From Phoronis australis (taxonomy: Eukaryota > Animalia > Phoronida), in the NCBI GenBank assembly GCA_002633005.1, contig NMRA01000035.1, positions 1,083,059 through 1,147,058 of the forward strand: DNA of 64,000 nucleotides, given 5' to 3'. The notes beneath the pieces were generated by a model. That model had not been told where the DNA came from, ran no database searches, and was given only the letters and a program-made list of their open reading frames with translations. The translations under genes and the position numbers were made by a program. Below, in pieces: positions 12,652 to 25,751 of this stretch. Positions within the stretch are counted from its first letter, which is position 1. Every line of letters begins with the position of its first letter.

Positions 12652-13571
12652 ACGTAACTGGTTTCACGTGTCCGGAGCCAAGCGGCATCTTCCGTAACCC
12701 CGAGGACTGTGGGACGTTTTATCAATGCAGTAACAATAATCCGATAAAGAATTGGTGTTCCCATAATACGTATTTCGATGGTAAAACTTGCACTTGGGAC
12801 GACACTAAATGCTTCATATCATCAAAGTCGACAACACCTCCGCCAACAACACCAGCAGAGACATTACTTATAACCTCAACAACACCGACAAAGTCAAGGT
12901 TCATGTCGGCAGGGCTGTCGACGTCGTTGATGACACCGACAGCACAACAGTCGTCAAATATGACGTCTACTGAACAGATAACGTCCAAAATGGTACCAAT
13001 AGAGCAAATGACGTCCCCGATGACATCAACAGGGCGGATGACGTCATCGATGCCACTAACTTCACCGATGACTTCATTAAATAGAGGAACTACGACGGCT
13101 CGCGGTTTGGCAGAAATACTACTGTCGACGCATACGCGTTCAAAGTCAACTATACAAATTACTATCACGAAAACACAAGCAAAGATGACCGAAGGAAATA
13201 CGTTTCAGAATAAGTGGATGACTTCTCAAGCACCCTCCAATGATTCAGATCAACGAAATTCCACTAAATACAAAAAACGTATTGAAGCCCTGGACGAAAT
13301 TTTAACAAATTTTAGAGCGAATCATCAAACCGCCGACGCAGCCGGATCAATCGTGTTCGGTTCATTGGCATTGATAATCATCATATCTATGATCGGGTTT
13401 GTCGTGTTGTTAGACAGTGTCTATTTAGTGCGCGAGGTTAGAAGAGCAAAGCGACGTCTAGTGAGTGGATATAGGCGAATACGAAACAAAATAAGAAAGC
13501 GAAACAGTGTGGAAGGTCAGGGATTTAACGAGACAATGCAACATGATTCCACAGTCGTTGAAGAAATTTAA
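12652..13571 (+). CDS. Terminal exon of a single-pass membrane protein: chitin-binding type-2 (CBM14/peritrophin-A) domain, Thr/Ser/Met-rich mucin stalk, TM helix, basic cytoplasmic tail
   Basis: Acceptor ttatttttcag at 12651. In frame with ORF 12903-13571. Six-Cys domain CPEPSGIFRNPEDCGTFYQCSNNNPIKNWCSHNTYFDGKTCTWDDTKC. TM segment IVFGSLALIIIISMIGFVVLL followed by RRAKRR. Signal-peptide exon not identified. Confidence 0.8.
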
Positions 13572-14440
13572 TAATTCACAGGCATCGGAAAGTGTACAGA
13601 ATACAGTAGAGGCACAATAGCCGGGTAACGGCTTGGCTCTACGTAGGCAGGGATTGAATTCATACCATTTTTTAATCGAATTGGTTACGCTGACGGCAAT
13701 TTCTGCTTTTTTGACTGAAACTAAACCGCCGTGAGAAATACATCACCCCGAGCCTTCAAATCTCGTGTCTAAGCCTAGTAAGGAGCATCATGCGACACGT
13801 ATTATAAAGATAATTGGCTTGACAGAAAACGCGGTGTTGAACTACATTTAATCATGCGCGCACCCGGGGGGGACTTGGGGGCCTCGAATGAGACCAGCCC
13901 AGTTTGGCGAAGTGTGCAAAAAGGTTCATCCCCATAGAAACAAAAACTCCGAAAAATGTAGAAAGCGAGACAAAAATCCACTAAAAAGACAGGAAGTACC
14001 AAAATTTGGTGAATGCACAATTCATACCTCTGAACATACCCCATGATTCTTAGTAAAAGGTCCACACTCTCAAAAATTCGAGCCCCACATTCTTAGGCTG
14101 AGTGCGTGTAAGTTTAATTACAATCTGTCCTACAAAGTTCTACCGGTAATTTTTACTTTTCTTCATGAATGATGAAAAACTTATCAGCCACAAATATACT
14201 TACTTACAGATTGAGTGTTTTTAATTATTGAAATAATCCCTCTTATATCATCTCTCACTTAATATAACAATGATATTAATATTTATAATCATTCTATTGT
14301 ACTTGGTCACTTTCGTCTGTACATATCTCATCCTAAAATTATTTATATTTTTTCTTAAACATTTTTCATTTTCAATATTGTATTGTTTTGTATTCCTTGT
14401 TCTTGTTTATTGTTTTAGAGGGTAATAGTCTGATATAACG

Positions 14441-14510
14441 TGCCGGAATTTTGAGAACCATTTTGATGTCAGTTATTCAGTGGAGAAAACTGGTTCTCAA
14501 AATTCGGGCA
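14441..14510. repeat. 70-bp mini element with 20-bp inverted ends
   Basis: tgccggaattttgagaacca ... tggttctcaaaattcgggca (one mismatch). Confidence 0.6.
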
Positions 14511-15248
14511 GTGGTAGACAAGCTAAGTCTAACATGTTTTTATCCTCTCTAAATAAGGAATCTTAATCTTACTGTTTTAAAAGGTAAATGTGTTGTTCTG
14601 TGCAACTGAAGGAAGGTACATTTGTATTTTATATAAAGATATTTATTTTTGTTTTTTAACTCATTTTAATCATCTGGTTCTTGTCTCACGAGTGTGAAAC
14701 CAGGGATAAAAAGTTTTTGCGGCAAGGGTCGTTACACGAGATCCTGCAACCAACTCTTCTGTCTTAGTGGACGTCATTATTGATTGCAGATTGCATGTAA
14801 AACCAGGAGCTTGAAGACAAATAATCTATTGTCAACGGTCCAAAGACAAATTGTGTCTTGAAACTGAGTGAGAGGAATGAAGGTGGTGTTTTATTGCAAT
14901 TTTCACCATGTATGATTTTCAAAAATTCAAGGGGACACATCTTTCGGATTCCATTGAATTCGCAGGTACAGTATCANACACACACACACAGTTACATGTT
15001 TACATAATTGCGCATATATATCAAACAAAACAGCAGGGAATAATAGGTTATCCAGTGCACGTGGAGAAAAAGGGCGCCATTGTGTTGATAGTGTTGTCCA
15101 CATGACTGGTTTTGGTTGGAACCCTTCCGGTTCCGTCTTTGATATTGAATGTCATCTTATCAATAAACCAGTTTTAACACTTACGATGCACTGCCAATTT
15201 ATCTGGTGGAGAGTAAAAAAGGACAGAAAAGTGACTGCTTTAATACAA

Positions 15249-15462
15249 CTACATGTGATCATCCATGGATGAAAAGAATTCTCGACAAGCAAGGAAACTT
15301 TGGATCCCACGGTTCAACGGGAGCTGCTGAGTACGAATGTTGATAGATTCCTTGATCTCATGTGAGTGCCAATTAGACTCTTTGACAATAATGTTGACGT
15401 ACTCCATGGAGACGGAATCGCCGCTCACGATCACGTGTTCACCAAGAGCTGTAGGTGACTTT
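15249..15462 (-). mobile_element. Penelope-like retroelement relic (C-terminal part of the GIY-YIG endonuclease)
   Basis: Translation TALGEHVIVSGDSVSMEYVNIIVKESNWHSHEIKESINIRTQQLPLNRG fits the PLE pattern SAxxEH..GH....V.I...E.NW..R.IKES..I......NRD. Confidence 0.7.
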
Positions 15463-15624
15463 GGTTAAAATCGTTTTACGAATCTTTTTAATTAAAATGA
15501 AGTGGAAAACATTTCATGTCACTGAACAATGATTTGAGTTTGGACTTGAGCATTTTCGTTGAAGACACTACGAAGTCCGAACACAGTGTTTTTTAGGTTA
15601 AAGAGGCGTTTTTTAAAGGTGATA

Positions 15625-16215
15625 TATATTTATTGAAGAATACACAGAACATACATGGAAATAATGACAAACCCAGAAATCGCGCAGCATTATATCTTGG
15701 TTGTAAACAGTAGATAGATGAAAGTAATATACACAGAACTATATACATGAAAGTAATATAAGTATTCAAATATTTAGATATGCTATTACGAACATATTAA
15801 AAACAAAAAAACATGTACAGATGTGGAAATCAGAAGTAACAATATTGATAAGCGACACATAAAAATTTGAGGAATTCATTGAGAACAAGGTCAAAGTTAG
15901 ACCTACTATTTGTAACTTTAGTAGGGATATTATTACAAGAATTGAGAGCATTTACAATTACTTGGTTTTCATTGAGTGCAGGAAAGAGTGAGTTTCTCGG
16001 GTATACGATGAGGGGACATTTGAAGAAAACAGGAGGATAAGATAGATGGTCACCACATTTACAGTTTGGAGAGACATTACTAAAGTTGTGCCTAAACTTG
16101 TCGGAGTTGAGGAAATGACCGCATTGTCGCATTACAGCTGAAAACGCATTTCTGGAATTATTATTGAATGAGATAGACTTTCTAAAGTTTTTAACTTTGA
16201 CCAACACAAAATACA
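15625..16215 (-). mobile_element. 3' end of a degenerate LINE (C-terminal Cys motif plus 3' UTR)
   Basis: HFLNSDKFRHNFSNVSPNCKCGDH..PVFFKCPLI..RNSLF resembles the C-terminal CCHC-type region of LINE ORF2. AATAAA on the minus strand at about 15630. Confidence 0.6.
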
Positions 16216-16336
16216 CTGTTTTTGTGATGTCATTTAAAATCGGCAATTCTCGCCGTTGTCCACAAGACATTATTGAAATCAAGGCATGACTTGGTCAGTT
16301 AAATGCACTTAAAATACTCTTGTGATTTATAGTGAG

Positions 16337-16940
16337 TATTAGCTCGGCCAGCGAAGCGTTAGCCTGCGACCACCGGAGTTTTACGCTTTAATTCGATTCC
16401 GCACCGATTCTGATGTCAGAAAATCTCTTTCACATTTGGCATGTGTCCCGTGATTAAGAGAAACCGCAGCTTCGTTTTCAGAAATGAAAAAGAGATCTGG
16501 TCGGCGAAAATGATAAAGTTAAATACAAAGGAATGTTAAAGATAGATGTAGTCGAATTAAATGACATATAGGTGGTGGAGAGGTGGGATAAATAAACATA
16601 AAAATGAGCATGTAATGGTGTTGACAGCCGGTGAAACTGATCTGAAAGTGACGCTGAAAACCGACACTATCCAAGACAAAACAATACCAAGACACAGAAC
16701 AAACGAATGTTTAACGATGATGTCATCCCCCATGGCCCATGGCATGGATGGCAATGAGAGGACCAGCAAGTGACGTCATGGAGTATGACGAAACGACACT
16801 TTCAGTGCATATGTGCAGATTAATATATTTAACTGGTGAAATCTAATTTATGTTCGGCATGTGTCCCGTAATGAACATATCTCGCACGTCAACGAAGCTC
16901 CGTTTCCTGAGATAAAATGGAGAGTTGGGTTGGCAAAAAT
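16337..16940 (+). mobile_element. Probable Helentron-associated-like element with an internal direct repeat
   Basis: Starts tattagctcggccagcgaagc. The block ggcatgtgtcccgt...gctNcgttt..gaNatNaaaa occurs at about 16438 and 16856. Confidence 0.35.
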
Positions 16941-17244
16941 ACCCACTTATTTGAAGTAAGTTGTAATTTACTATGACACAAATGAAAATAATACAAAAAT
17001 ACAATCTCTGGAAAGATGGACATAGAAAAACCATTACAACAGATGCCCGAGACATCTTGTGCCCAACGATCCAAATGTTCCCAAAGGGGATCAGCTAAAA
17101 AGATCATAAACATATCTAAATAGTGAAATATAATGTCTAGCCGACAATGCCCCTTTACATAAAAACAAAAAATACTAGTTAAACACACTCACGGTTCTAA
17201 AATGCAGTTGTTTATCTATTAAGTTTATGTAGGACCCCAGAAAA

Positions 17245-17720
17245 ATGAATGTCCAAATTTTGACCAACTTCGGAACATAATAACTCTTAAATGGCTGCTC
17301 GGATTAACATGAAACTTTCAGGTACTATGCATTATTCACTGTTCTTTAAAAGACTTTTAAAAATTGTCTTTAAAATGTTCCTCTTTCGCATGAGGGGCTT
17401 CCAAAAATAGAATTTTCATGATTTTTATGAAAAACAAAGTTACATGAAACGAAAACGAAAATCAAGAAAAATGAAACAGCGGATTTGAGATTTATCTTCA
17501 ACATTTATATCATACAAAAAATTAATATAGCTCATCTTATTGCTCCTATTGTTTTGCTATGAATGTAAATTCCCTTTTTACTTAATGTTAATAAAAAGCA
17601 TGATCACGCGACCTAAATCTAATGCTACAGAATTTCTACTCTAAGAAAATATATATTTTTGCAGAATTTTCTGGATATTTGGCTAAATTTGCTGTCTTGT
17701 CGATCAGGTCTTACGTAAGC
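17245..17720 (+). repeat. Dispersed repeat family, copy B (see 5915-6420)
   Basis: Colinear similarity with 5915-6420. Confidence 0.5.
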
Positions 17721-18699
17721 TTAACGAAAAACAATAAGCCAAATTGACTGCTTTAGGTATTGAACTGTTCAAATCAAACAAGAATGTCGAAGAAAAATAA
17801 GAAAATCTCAGGTGGAGCGTAAAGCGTAATTAATTTATCACAACCAATTATTTACCTGATTACCAAAGCTAGTTGAAGTTATTGTTTATAACATTATGTA
17901 TCATTTCAAGAAATTACACATTTACGCACAGTATGCCAGATATACTTACTAACTTCCCATTTCTGATAGCTTGGCGTTAAATATTAGAATTTTGCAATTC
18001 AAGATCCATTCAGAACTTAAGTCAATGAATCAGTACTAAGAATTATTGCTGATAAGAACGTTGCCAAATACTTTACAAACTTCAATAAATGCCACTGAGA
18101 AGGCCCGTATTTGCATTTTATGCTGACCACTTGAAAAGCATGTTTTTTTGTTCAATTTGCGATATTTTACTATTCACAGGAAACCGATGATACTGTATAG
18201 TATAAGAGGCACGTGCAAAATGATTTGATGTTCTACTGGATTGAAATTGTTCTTACGATGCATTCGTGTAACGTATTTATAATTATACTTATAAGGTGGC
18301 AGTATTACCTTGCTTCCGGAATCTCTATGACGTCGTCATCTTTACTCTGTGAAGGGATGACAAGGCTGCAACTTTCGTCGAACATCTTATGCCTTCCCTT
18401 GTCTCTGTTCATGATCTTGTAATGACTTTTCTACAGTTTAAACCTCAAGATCATTAACTTATATTTGGTAACGTGTGATAACGCGTTATAAACCAGGGTC
18501 CTAGAACTGAGAAGCTGTTCTCACTGTCATCAGCAGTACTGTTAACAGAGAAATTTGGTAACAACATCACATATGTTGATTCACATTCACAAACTTTCAA
18601 CCTTTTTACCTGCATACTCTTTGTATTTGTCTAATAATGGCGTTTTCGTGCCACGTTGAGTTTACCTTTCCCTCATTATTCAAATCTGTATGGCTCGGT

Positions 18700-20810
18700 A
18701 ACAGACCCGCATAAAACAAACTTGATTAAAATATTGAATATTCTGTTGGATAGCTTCACAGACATTCGCTCGTATTCTCTATACAGCTTTCGATCACCAG
18801 GCGATTAACTTCATAACTGTGCACCTGAAAACTTCTTTCACGGATAACTTGTTGAATGATCTGTGTCTCCTTGGTAATTAGCGTCATTCACATCTATTCT
18901 TGAGTGCAGATAACTTCATCCCACTTTTCGAATTTCAAAATCCTTCAGGTTTTCCTTGGGGACACGTTGTGCTAGCAACGATACTCCAACAAAGTTAACA
19001 TCAGATTTTAGGATTTCTAGCAAAATGCACATATTTTTGGGGCGGTTGGCGTCACATCGACCAGTTCTGCAGCGCCGGACTAAGTGGACTTATAACAGTA
19101 GACAACTTGGTAACACACGTTTGAGTATGTGGAAAGGTATTTAGAAATCCGTTTTAAAAATCTATGAAACCCTTCCACGAATAGTCGTGAGAAAATTTTT
19201 GTACCTTCAGTGTTAGAACGCCTGTACTTCGGTGACATTGGGAAAGATAGGGTCTTAAAAGAGAAACAGGATTGTTCTTAACTTTCCACGAGATGTTAAC
19301 TCAGATTGCTTCAAGGTTCTGTGTCTGACACCTGCTTCAGTCATGTTAGGTTTTCCCACCGTTTCTTGTGGAAAACATCGCTTGTTTATTATGAGGTAGG
19401 TCACTTTGACGTTTTGGACCTAGTGAAATAAAATTAAAATTCCAAATTCAAAAACAATCATAATAAATAGGATTTATATAGCGATGTAATTTACTAAGCA
19501 CTTCGAATCTTATAACCCCGGCCATGGACCCGGTCAACCCTAATCTTCAACTCCCCGGGAGCATACAATGGGATGGTACTGTTGTCGGAGCACACCAATT
19601 TTAGGTGCTATAATAAGCCCGCGTAAAAAAGCCCAAGACCAGCAAAATTTTTCAAAATTTTACTGTATGCATTTCTATTCCTATAGGTCCAAATCGCTTC
19701 GTGCCAGGTACGTCATCACGAAACATCTGAATACTGGACCGAGACCATCCTCATTTCTATTCGTAACTATAGACGTCTGCCTGCTTGACTAAGTATATGA
19801 GGGTGATCCCCGTCTTATTCCAGTAAACAACGCATTAATTTCCACGCCAAAGGTCATCGAAATGACCTGAGGTAATTTTGCTTAATTTCTCATTGAACCA
19901 TGCTTTACCAAACACTCTGTACAACAAGTATTCAGACAAAATGACTATGTATTCCCCATCATGACGGCTGAGCGGAAGCCGAATTCGTCGTCAGAGTAGT
20001 CTTCCCTCGTGATCAATGATGGATGGGGAATTAACAGAAAAGTTGTCAAAACGGTTAAGACATTCTCTAATTACTTTTGCCGCCATAATAGCAATTTTGC
20101 TGTTGACAGAATTAGCCGTCATGACGGGAAACAGTATTTTGTCGGATTGCTTTTGCCCCATGTACTCTGTACCTCCCTAACGAAGTTGTTTTCGGAACAG
20201 TGTCCTGAAGTTTGTAGTCCTAGCCTGAAGACGTATACGCGCGATCCGTTTCAGGGTAACAGTAGATATCTTCTGTAGTTGGCCAAACATACAATGCAAC
20301 TGTGAATGGCGCGCTTATGCTGTTGGTTGTGCCAAGATCACCGGAAACGAAACAACAACGTGAAACTAAAGCAAAGAAAGTGGAAGCTCCAAAGCAGAGA
20401 TCGTACTTCACGGTCACAAAGGTTCACTTGGCGCAGCCTGCATGACCTGCTCAAGGGAACACACAAAAAAACTGCGGCATTTTGGACCAAGAAAAATGGG
20501 TGTTTTTCTAGGAAGGCGATGGACGTATAAAAACGCTTTTTGGCCATCTGAGTACATAGGTTAAAAAATTCTAAAATAAAACTGAAGAAAAAAGAGCTGT
20601 CAAGGCAGCGTGTCACGAACGTTGCACCGGTGGTCATATCAGCTCAAGGTAGAGAACCCGGGCTTACATGTTTACGACTGATGGATGACGAAGCATGGGA
20701 AGTGATTTCAGACACCAAGAACGAGTGGCAACAATCATTGCATGAAAAAGGAATCGCGTCGTATCCGGTGACATCCAAGCTCATTTTAGCGGAGCACCTG
20801 CCCAAGTGAA
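18700..20810 (+). pseudogene. Degenerate coding-like relic of unknown family, copy 1
   Basis: A chain of short plus-strand ORFs with protein-like composition, broken by stops and frameshifts at different places in the two duplicated copies. Family not recognised and strand not certain. Confidence 0.3.
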
Positions 20811-21318
20811 CTCACAACCAATACGACCAGTGTTTTGTGATCCGCGAATAGTGCTGGTGATTGTTCTAAAAAGCAAAAAACTGATAAATTGTTTTGCTTC
20901 TGATTGCCATATCTGTACATGTTTTATTATGTTTGTAATAGCATATATAAATATTTGAATACTTATATCAGATACTACTTACATTACATTCAGCTGTGTA
21001 CTGTCTACAACCCACTATATAATGCTTCGCGCGATTTCTGGGTTTGCCATTATTTTGCTTGCATATTCTGTGTATTCTTCAATAAATATATATCACCTTA
21101 GCAACTGGTTTGGAACAGTTGGGTGCATGTACTTATACATTTCCAGTAAAGTTGTTTTATATTCCGAGACGTGAACTCTGGTGCCCCAAGTCGGGGCTAG
21201 CCCAAGTTATCCCCGAGGCAAAACTACAAGATTATGGGCGGCAAAAATGTTTATCTATGAAATAGAATAATTAATGGATATAAAGAAAATTAAGGTTCAT
21301 GGTTGGCTAAGCTTGTTT

Positions 21319-21469
21319 GGGGCGGATCCATGATCTTGAGGTGGGGAGGGGGGGCATGGCAGAGTATTAGCTAGGACTTTGCCCGACAGATATTCGCACC
21401 CTCCCCTAACTCAAATAGAATCTGGGAGAATTTTAGAGGAGGCCATGGCTCCCCCTAAATCCGCCACTT
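21319..21469. mobile_element. Short MITE with GGCGGATCC-type inverted ends (decayed copy at about 43985-44140)
   Basis: ggggcggatcca ... aaatccgccact ends and G/C-run subtermini. Confidence 0.5.
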
Positions 21470-22759
21470 GTTTCATCGGAAATTGGGCTTAGGATAAAAA
21501 TCTACAACTGAAAGCCAAGACAGAAACCGGTAGCCTACTCGGGAGTACATTAAACATCAAAGGCAATTGGCTGTAGACTCTTCGAGAAACCGGCTACAGC
21601 TAGACTCTAGACTCTGGTTAATGTGGACAACTTGCATACCGGTTGGTCACCGTGGCCAACTAGGTTGCGACAATTACGAAAGTTACAAAGCCCAAGAAAC
21701 TATTTGCCAATTTCGTAGTTAGTACAAAAATATAATATGCTAGAAAATAGTACAACCAGGTGTTTGTAGTCATGTCACCTGTCTTTTCTTTAAAATCAGA
21801 ATTTGCCATAGAGAACGTTGTAATCTCCACAACATGAAAGTTCTTGCAAGAAACATGCAAAACCTGGTTTACTGATAAAAATTTGGACGTCCACTCCTAA
21901 CAAATAACAGAAGGTTCTTAGAAAAAATAAATCATACGCTCATCAAAAAGTTTGAGGTAACTGAACAAGGAAACGCAGTTTGTGAAAATGACTTGTTCTT
22001 ATAAAAAGAATGCAAGGAGAATGCCCAAAGAAGTGGGCAACATGGAATAAAAGCAACTGATCATAGCTTCAAAAAATTTCTTGCCTACAATTGGGCGCAG
22101 AGGCCTTCAACCTCCGACAAAACAGTAATACACAAATTCTTCAAAAGATCTTCACCAATGTGTGCTACGTCTTAATCACTGCTACTCGTATCCCTGACAT
22201 TTTACCACCATGCACTAAATTACACAAAAACAAATAAATAATAAGGAAAACTGGACAGAACTGCCCAAACTATAACTACACAATGTCTAAAACATAATAA
22301 ACGTAACCAATGAAACACCTACATGCCAGGAATTTTCATTGTCTGGTTATCATATATTCAAATGGATTGCTCCACAGTTCATATCAGACACAAATGCACT
22401 TAGGAGGGTCTGAATGGTGGCACAAATTCAAGCCAAGAATAGTGGGTTATTGAATATCCATCCTTAATTACAAAGAGCATTTAACAGCTATTCTAAATGA
22501 CTTGAAAGTGAAGTCCCTGTATTAGTATAGAAGGCCCCAGTCTTCGATGGGCGTTAAGCAGGACTCCCTATAATATTAACTAGAGATGACCCACTCTAGA
22601 GGCCAGAAATTGTTCTTGTCTATGCCATTTTAATAAGAATAAGTCAGTTGAAATAATAAGCCCTTATTTGCCTTTGTCTGTAAACTGGTACACAAACTGA
22701 AACTTAAAAGCCTGCATAAATATATAGTTCTTAAATCCATGTGGAGATGTATATCACAA

Positions 22760-22918
22760 TTTTTCTAAGTCTGGCCAGCAAGCCATTTGTGGTCAAATCA
22801 CGGGACCTAATGAATACAAGACAGGTTCAACTCTTGTTGAGGCAGATATCTTTTCAGACTTGTATTCATTTAGTCACGAAATTTGGCCACAGCTGACGTG
22901 CTGATCAGAATTTAAAAT
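22760..22918. repeat. Imperfect palindrome inside a segment found only in copy 1 (about 22728-23230)
   Basis: gtggtcaaatcacgggacctaatgaatacaag pairs with cttgtattcatttagtcacgaaatttggccac. Confidence 0.55.
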
Positions 22919-24359
22919 GTTTGGGTTAAATTAAAAGCCATACTTCATGTTTGATGACCATTGTTTGGTTCATGTTTTAGGGTGGAACCCTTTGTTTGGG
23001 TTCCTTAATTGGACATACTTGCCGGAAGTAAAGCGTGGTATGTGTGCCAGGTGTCGCTAGTGAATAGCACTATCACGACCAATGAGATATAGAGGTCCTA
23101 ATTACACTTTCATGATATTACAATGAACTGAAAGGATTTAACCACTTGCTACAATAGAGGCATTCGCTGATGCTAACTTGTTCTGCACCGGTGTGAAGCA
23201 CGAGTTTAATGACAGACTGCAACAGAAAAAGACAACTTATTACAGCCTAGGTTAATTGCAAAATGGAACAGCAGTACACAAATGTATGTAAAATGAATAT
23301 TATTCACTCACAAGGTCATTCCATACTTCAACAGGTGTTCAAGTCCCTTGCATTAATATTCTGTCATAACCAGTCGGCAGTGTACATTTATAACAGAGTC
23401 AAAACATGATCAGATTGAACAATGTACAAGTGCAGTACCATACAAACACAAGATTTAGTGGCATTATATTGGCTTCGATGATGACCAGCCCGGGCTACAA
23501 AATAAGTTTTACTCCACGAGATGTGTGTACAATATTCACTTGTGTTTTGAATAATTGCATACATCTAGGATTCAGTTCTATCCCAGCATACATCATTTAA
23601 TGAACACATTGAAAAGCAAAATAAGTTTCTGAACATCAAGGATGACAAACTCTTAAGGCGTATAACAGAAACAAAAGCTCTGTGTGGGGTAGAACAGAAG
23701 TTAACAGAAATTGATCTAGACAAATGAACAGAATACTAAATCCTGTTTTGTTTATTTCAACCAAAGCTGGTCTTATCCCATGAAAAAGTACCACTGCCAT
23801 TTTCCGATAAATAAAAACATATTATACAGCTAAAAACGTTTCCTCATTGCGTCAAATTTGAGGTTCAGGCAGGCAGACAGGGTTTTACCTACAGCAATCA
23901 AACAGCTAAGTCACCAACAGCATAAAGAACAGTTGCCAAATTATCAGATTATGTGCAGACTTTCTCAACGTGCTCTAAACTTTTGAGGGTTGACTATGGT
24001 TCACAGAGCCTCACATGCTTTCACATATTTAAGCCAGCCCTGTATTTTGCCATTTAGGTAGGTACAAAAAAATCGAAATAGACCTTTCACTCTCATAAAA
24101 CGGGTCTCACAATATCCTTTACCATTATAGGATTCTATTTCTGTTCCTAACTCAAGTAACTAGCAATGTGCAAATGGGCCATTTTCAAATTCGCAATTTT
24201 AGAATGAAATTTTTTCTTGAATCTGGTCTCAATGCTCTTCTTGGTAAAAGAAGCGGAGTTTTATGATGGAAAGGAATAACATAAGACTGATTATATGAGA
24301 CTAAAAGCTTCATTTTGATTTTTGTGATTAGGAAAATGCAGCTTTAGTTTATCCACAGT

Positions 24360-24707
24360 TAAGCTATGGTCACAACCCGCCGTGCGTGTTTATTGTTCGT
24401 ACGTTTTCTGCGGACGCCACGGGCACCACGTTTTTCTGAAAACGTGAGTAGGGAGTGGCAAGCGCAGGGAGGACGTACGTCAACGCACGTCACCCGTACT
24501 GCCGTGAATCTGTAATGCGAACGCAGCTTGCACGCAGAGAAAGTTCTGCATGCACTAAAAGTGCTACGTCGTGTCTGCGTTCTCCTGCGTATTCACCAAA
24601 ACGCACGGAGGCCGTACTTGCCACGTACGGATCGCCAAATTTCCCCCACGTTTTTACACGTAGACAGCACGCACTTGCACGTACGGCGGGTTGTGACCAA
24701 GGCTTTA
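24360..24707. mobile_element. MITE with about 24-bp TIRs, specific to copy 1
   Basis: taagctatggtcacaacccgccgt ... acggcgggttgtgaccaaggcttta. Rich in internal ACGT/GCAC motifs. Absent at the equivalent site (about 46545) of copy 2. Confidence 0.7.
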
Positions 24708-25467
24708 NNNNNNNNNNNNNNNNNNNNNNNNNNNNNNNNNNNNNNNNNNNNNNNNNNNNNNNNNNNNNNNNNNNNNNNNNNNNNNNNNNNNNNNNNNNNN
24801 NNNNNNNNNNNNNNNNNNNNNNNNNNNNNNNNNNNNNNNNNNNNNNNNNNNNNNNNNNNNNNNNNNNNNNNNNNNNNNNNNNNNNNNNNNNNNNNNNNNN
24901 NNNNNNNNNNNNNNNNNNNNNNNNNNNNNNNNNNNNNNNNNNNNNNNNNNNNNNNNNNNNNNNNNNNNNNNNNNNNNNNNNNNNNNNNNNNNNNNNNNNN
25001 NNNNNNNNNNNNNNNNNNNNNNNNNNNNNNNNNNNNNNNNNNNNNNNNNNNNNNNNNNNNNNNNNNNNNNNNNNNNNNNNNNNNNNNNNNNNNNNNNNNN
25101 NNNNNNNNNNNNNNNNNNNNNNNNNNNNNNNNNNNNNNNNNNNNNNNNNNNNNNNNNNNNNNNNNNNNNNNNNNNNNNNNNNNNNNNNNNNNNNNNNNNN
25201 NNNNNNNNNNNNNNNNNNNNNNNNNNNNNNNNNNNNNNNNNNNNNNNNNNNNNNNNNNNNNNNNNNNNNNNNNNNNNNNNNNNNNNNNNNNNNNNNNNNN
25301 NNNNNNNNNNNNNNNNNNNNNNNNNNNNNNNNNNNNNNNNNNNNNNNNNNNNNNNNNNNNNNNNNNNNNNNNNNNNNNNNNNNNNNNNNNNNNNNNNNNN
25401 NNNNNNNNNNNNNNNNNNNNNNNNNNNNNNNNNNNNNNNNNNNNNNNNNNNNNNNNNNNNNNNNNNN
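24708..25467. other. Assembly gap (N run), followed by a (CA)n microsatellite at 25468-25510
   Basis: Direct observation. Confidence 0.99.
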
Positions 25468-25511
<44 letters not shown>

Positions 25512-25607
25512 TACAGAATATTACATGTTACAACACATGAATATTTTTCTAGCTTTGGACAACAATGATAATTTTCACAACAGAAATGAAAATCTCTTGA
25601 AGCTCAC

Positions 25608-25751
25608 CTTAAGCGACATTGACCTCTTGAATTTGCGCTCTAAGCGAGTGCCTGACGGAAGTTTTAGTAGTATTTTAATAGATTCTGTGTCATCAGCAGG
25701 GGGCTCTGCTGAAATTTCATCTCGTAGACGCACCTTCTTGTTGGCTATTTC
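25608..25751 (-). CDS. FAF2: FAF2/UBXD8 exon 13 (start of the UBX domain), located out of order
   Basis: tttcag|EIANKKVRLRDEISAEPPADDTESIKILLKLPSGTRLERKFKRSMSLK|gtgagc, 144 nt, phase 0/0. Matches the recalled FAF2 segment PPEPSPDDPESVKIIFKLPNDSRVERRF and fits exactly between exons 12 and 14. Confidence 0.85.

Larger units (their letters stand above)
7234..25751 (+). repeat. Large duplicated segment, copy 1
   Basis: Colinear similarity to about 31385-49141, starting at cgtcaat(c/g)tagagtgcccagaca and running to about 24359 versus 46545. After the gap come a (CA)n tract and a FAF2 exon that belong to the equivalent position of copy 2, so the right end is inferred. Confidence 0.85.

Noticed and set aside
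12722-13168. Val/Asp/Ile-rich minus-strand ORF (also 39592-39990)
   Set aside because: Antisense shadow of the Thr/Ser-rich mucin exon.
13610-13672. tRNA- or SINE-like stretch after the CBM14 gene
   Set aside because: No consistent cloverleaf and no proper A and B boxes.
24455-25568. Long ORFs of 267-361 aa (and those at 37485-38495)
   Set aside because: They are open only because they run through N gaps.
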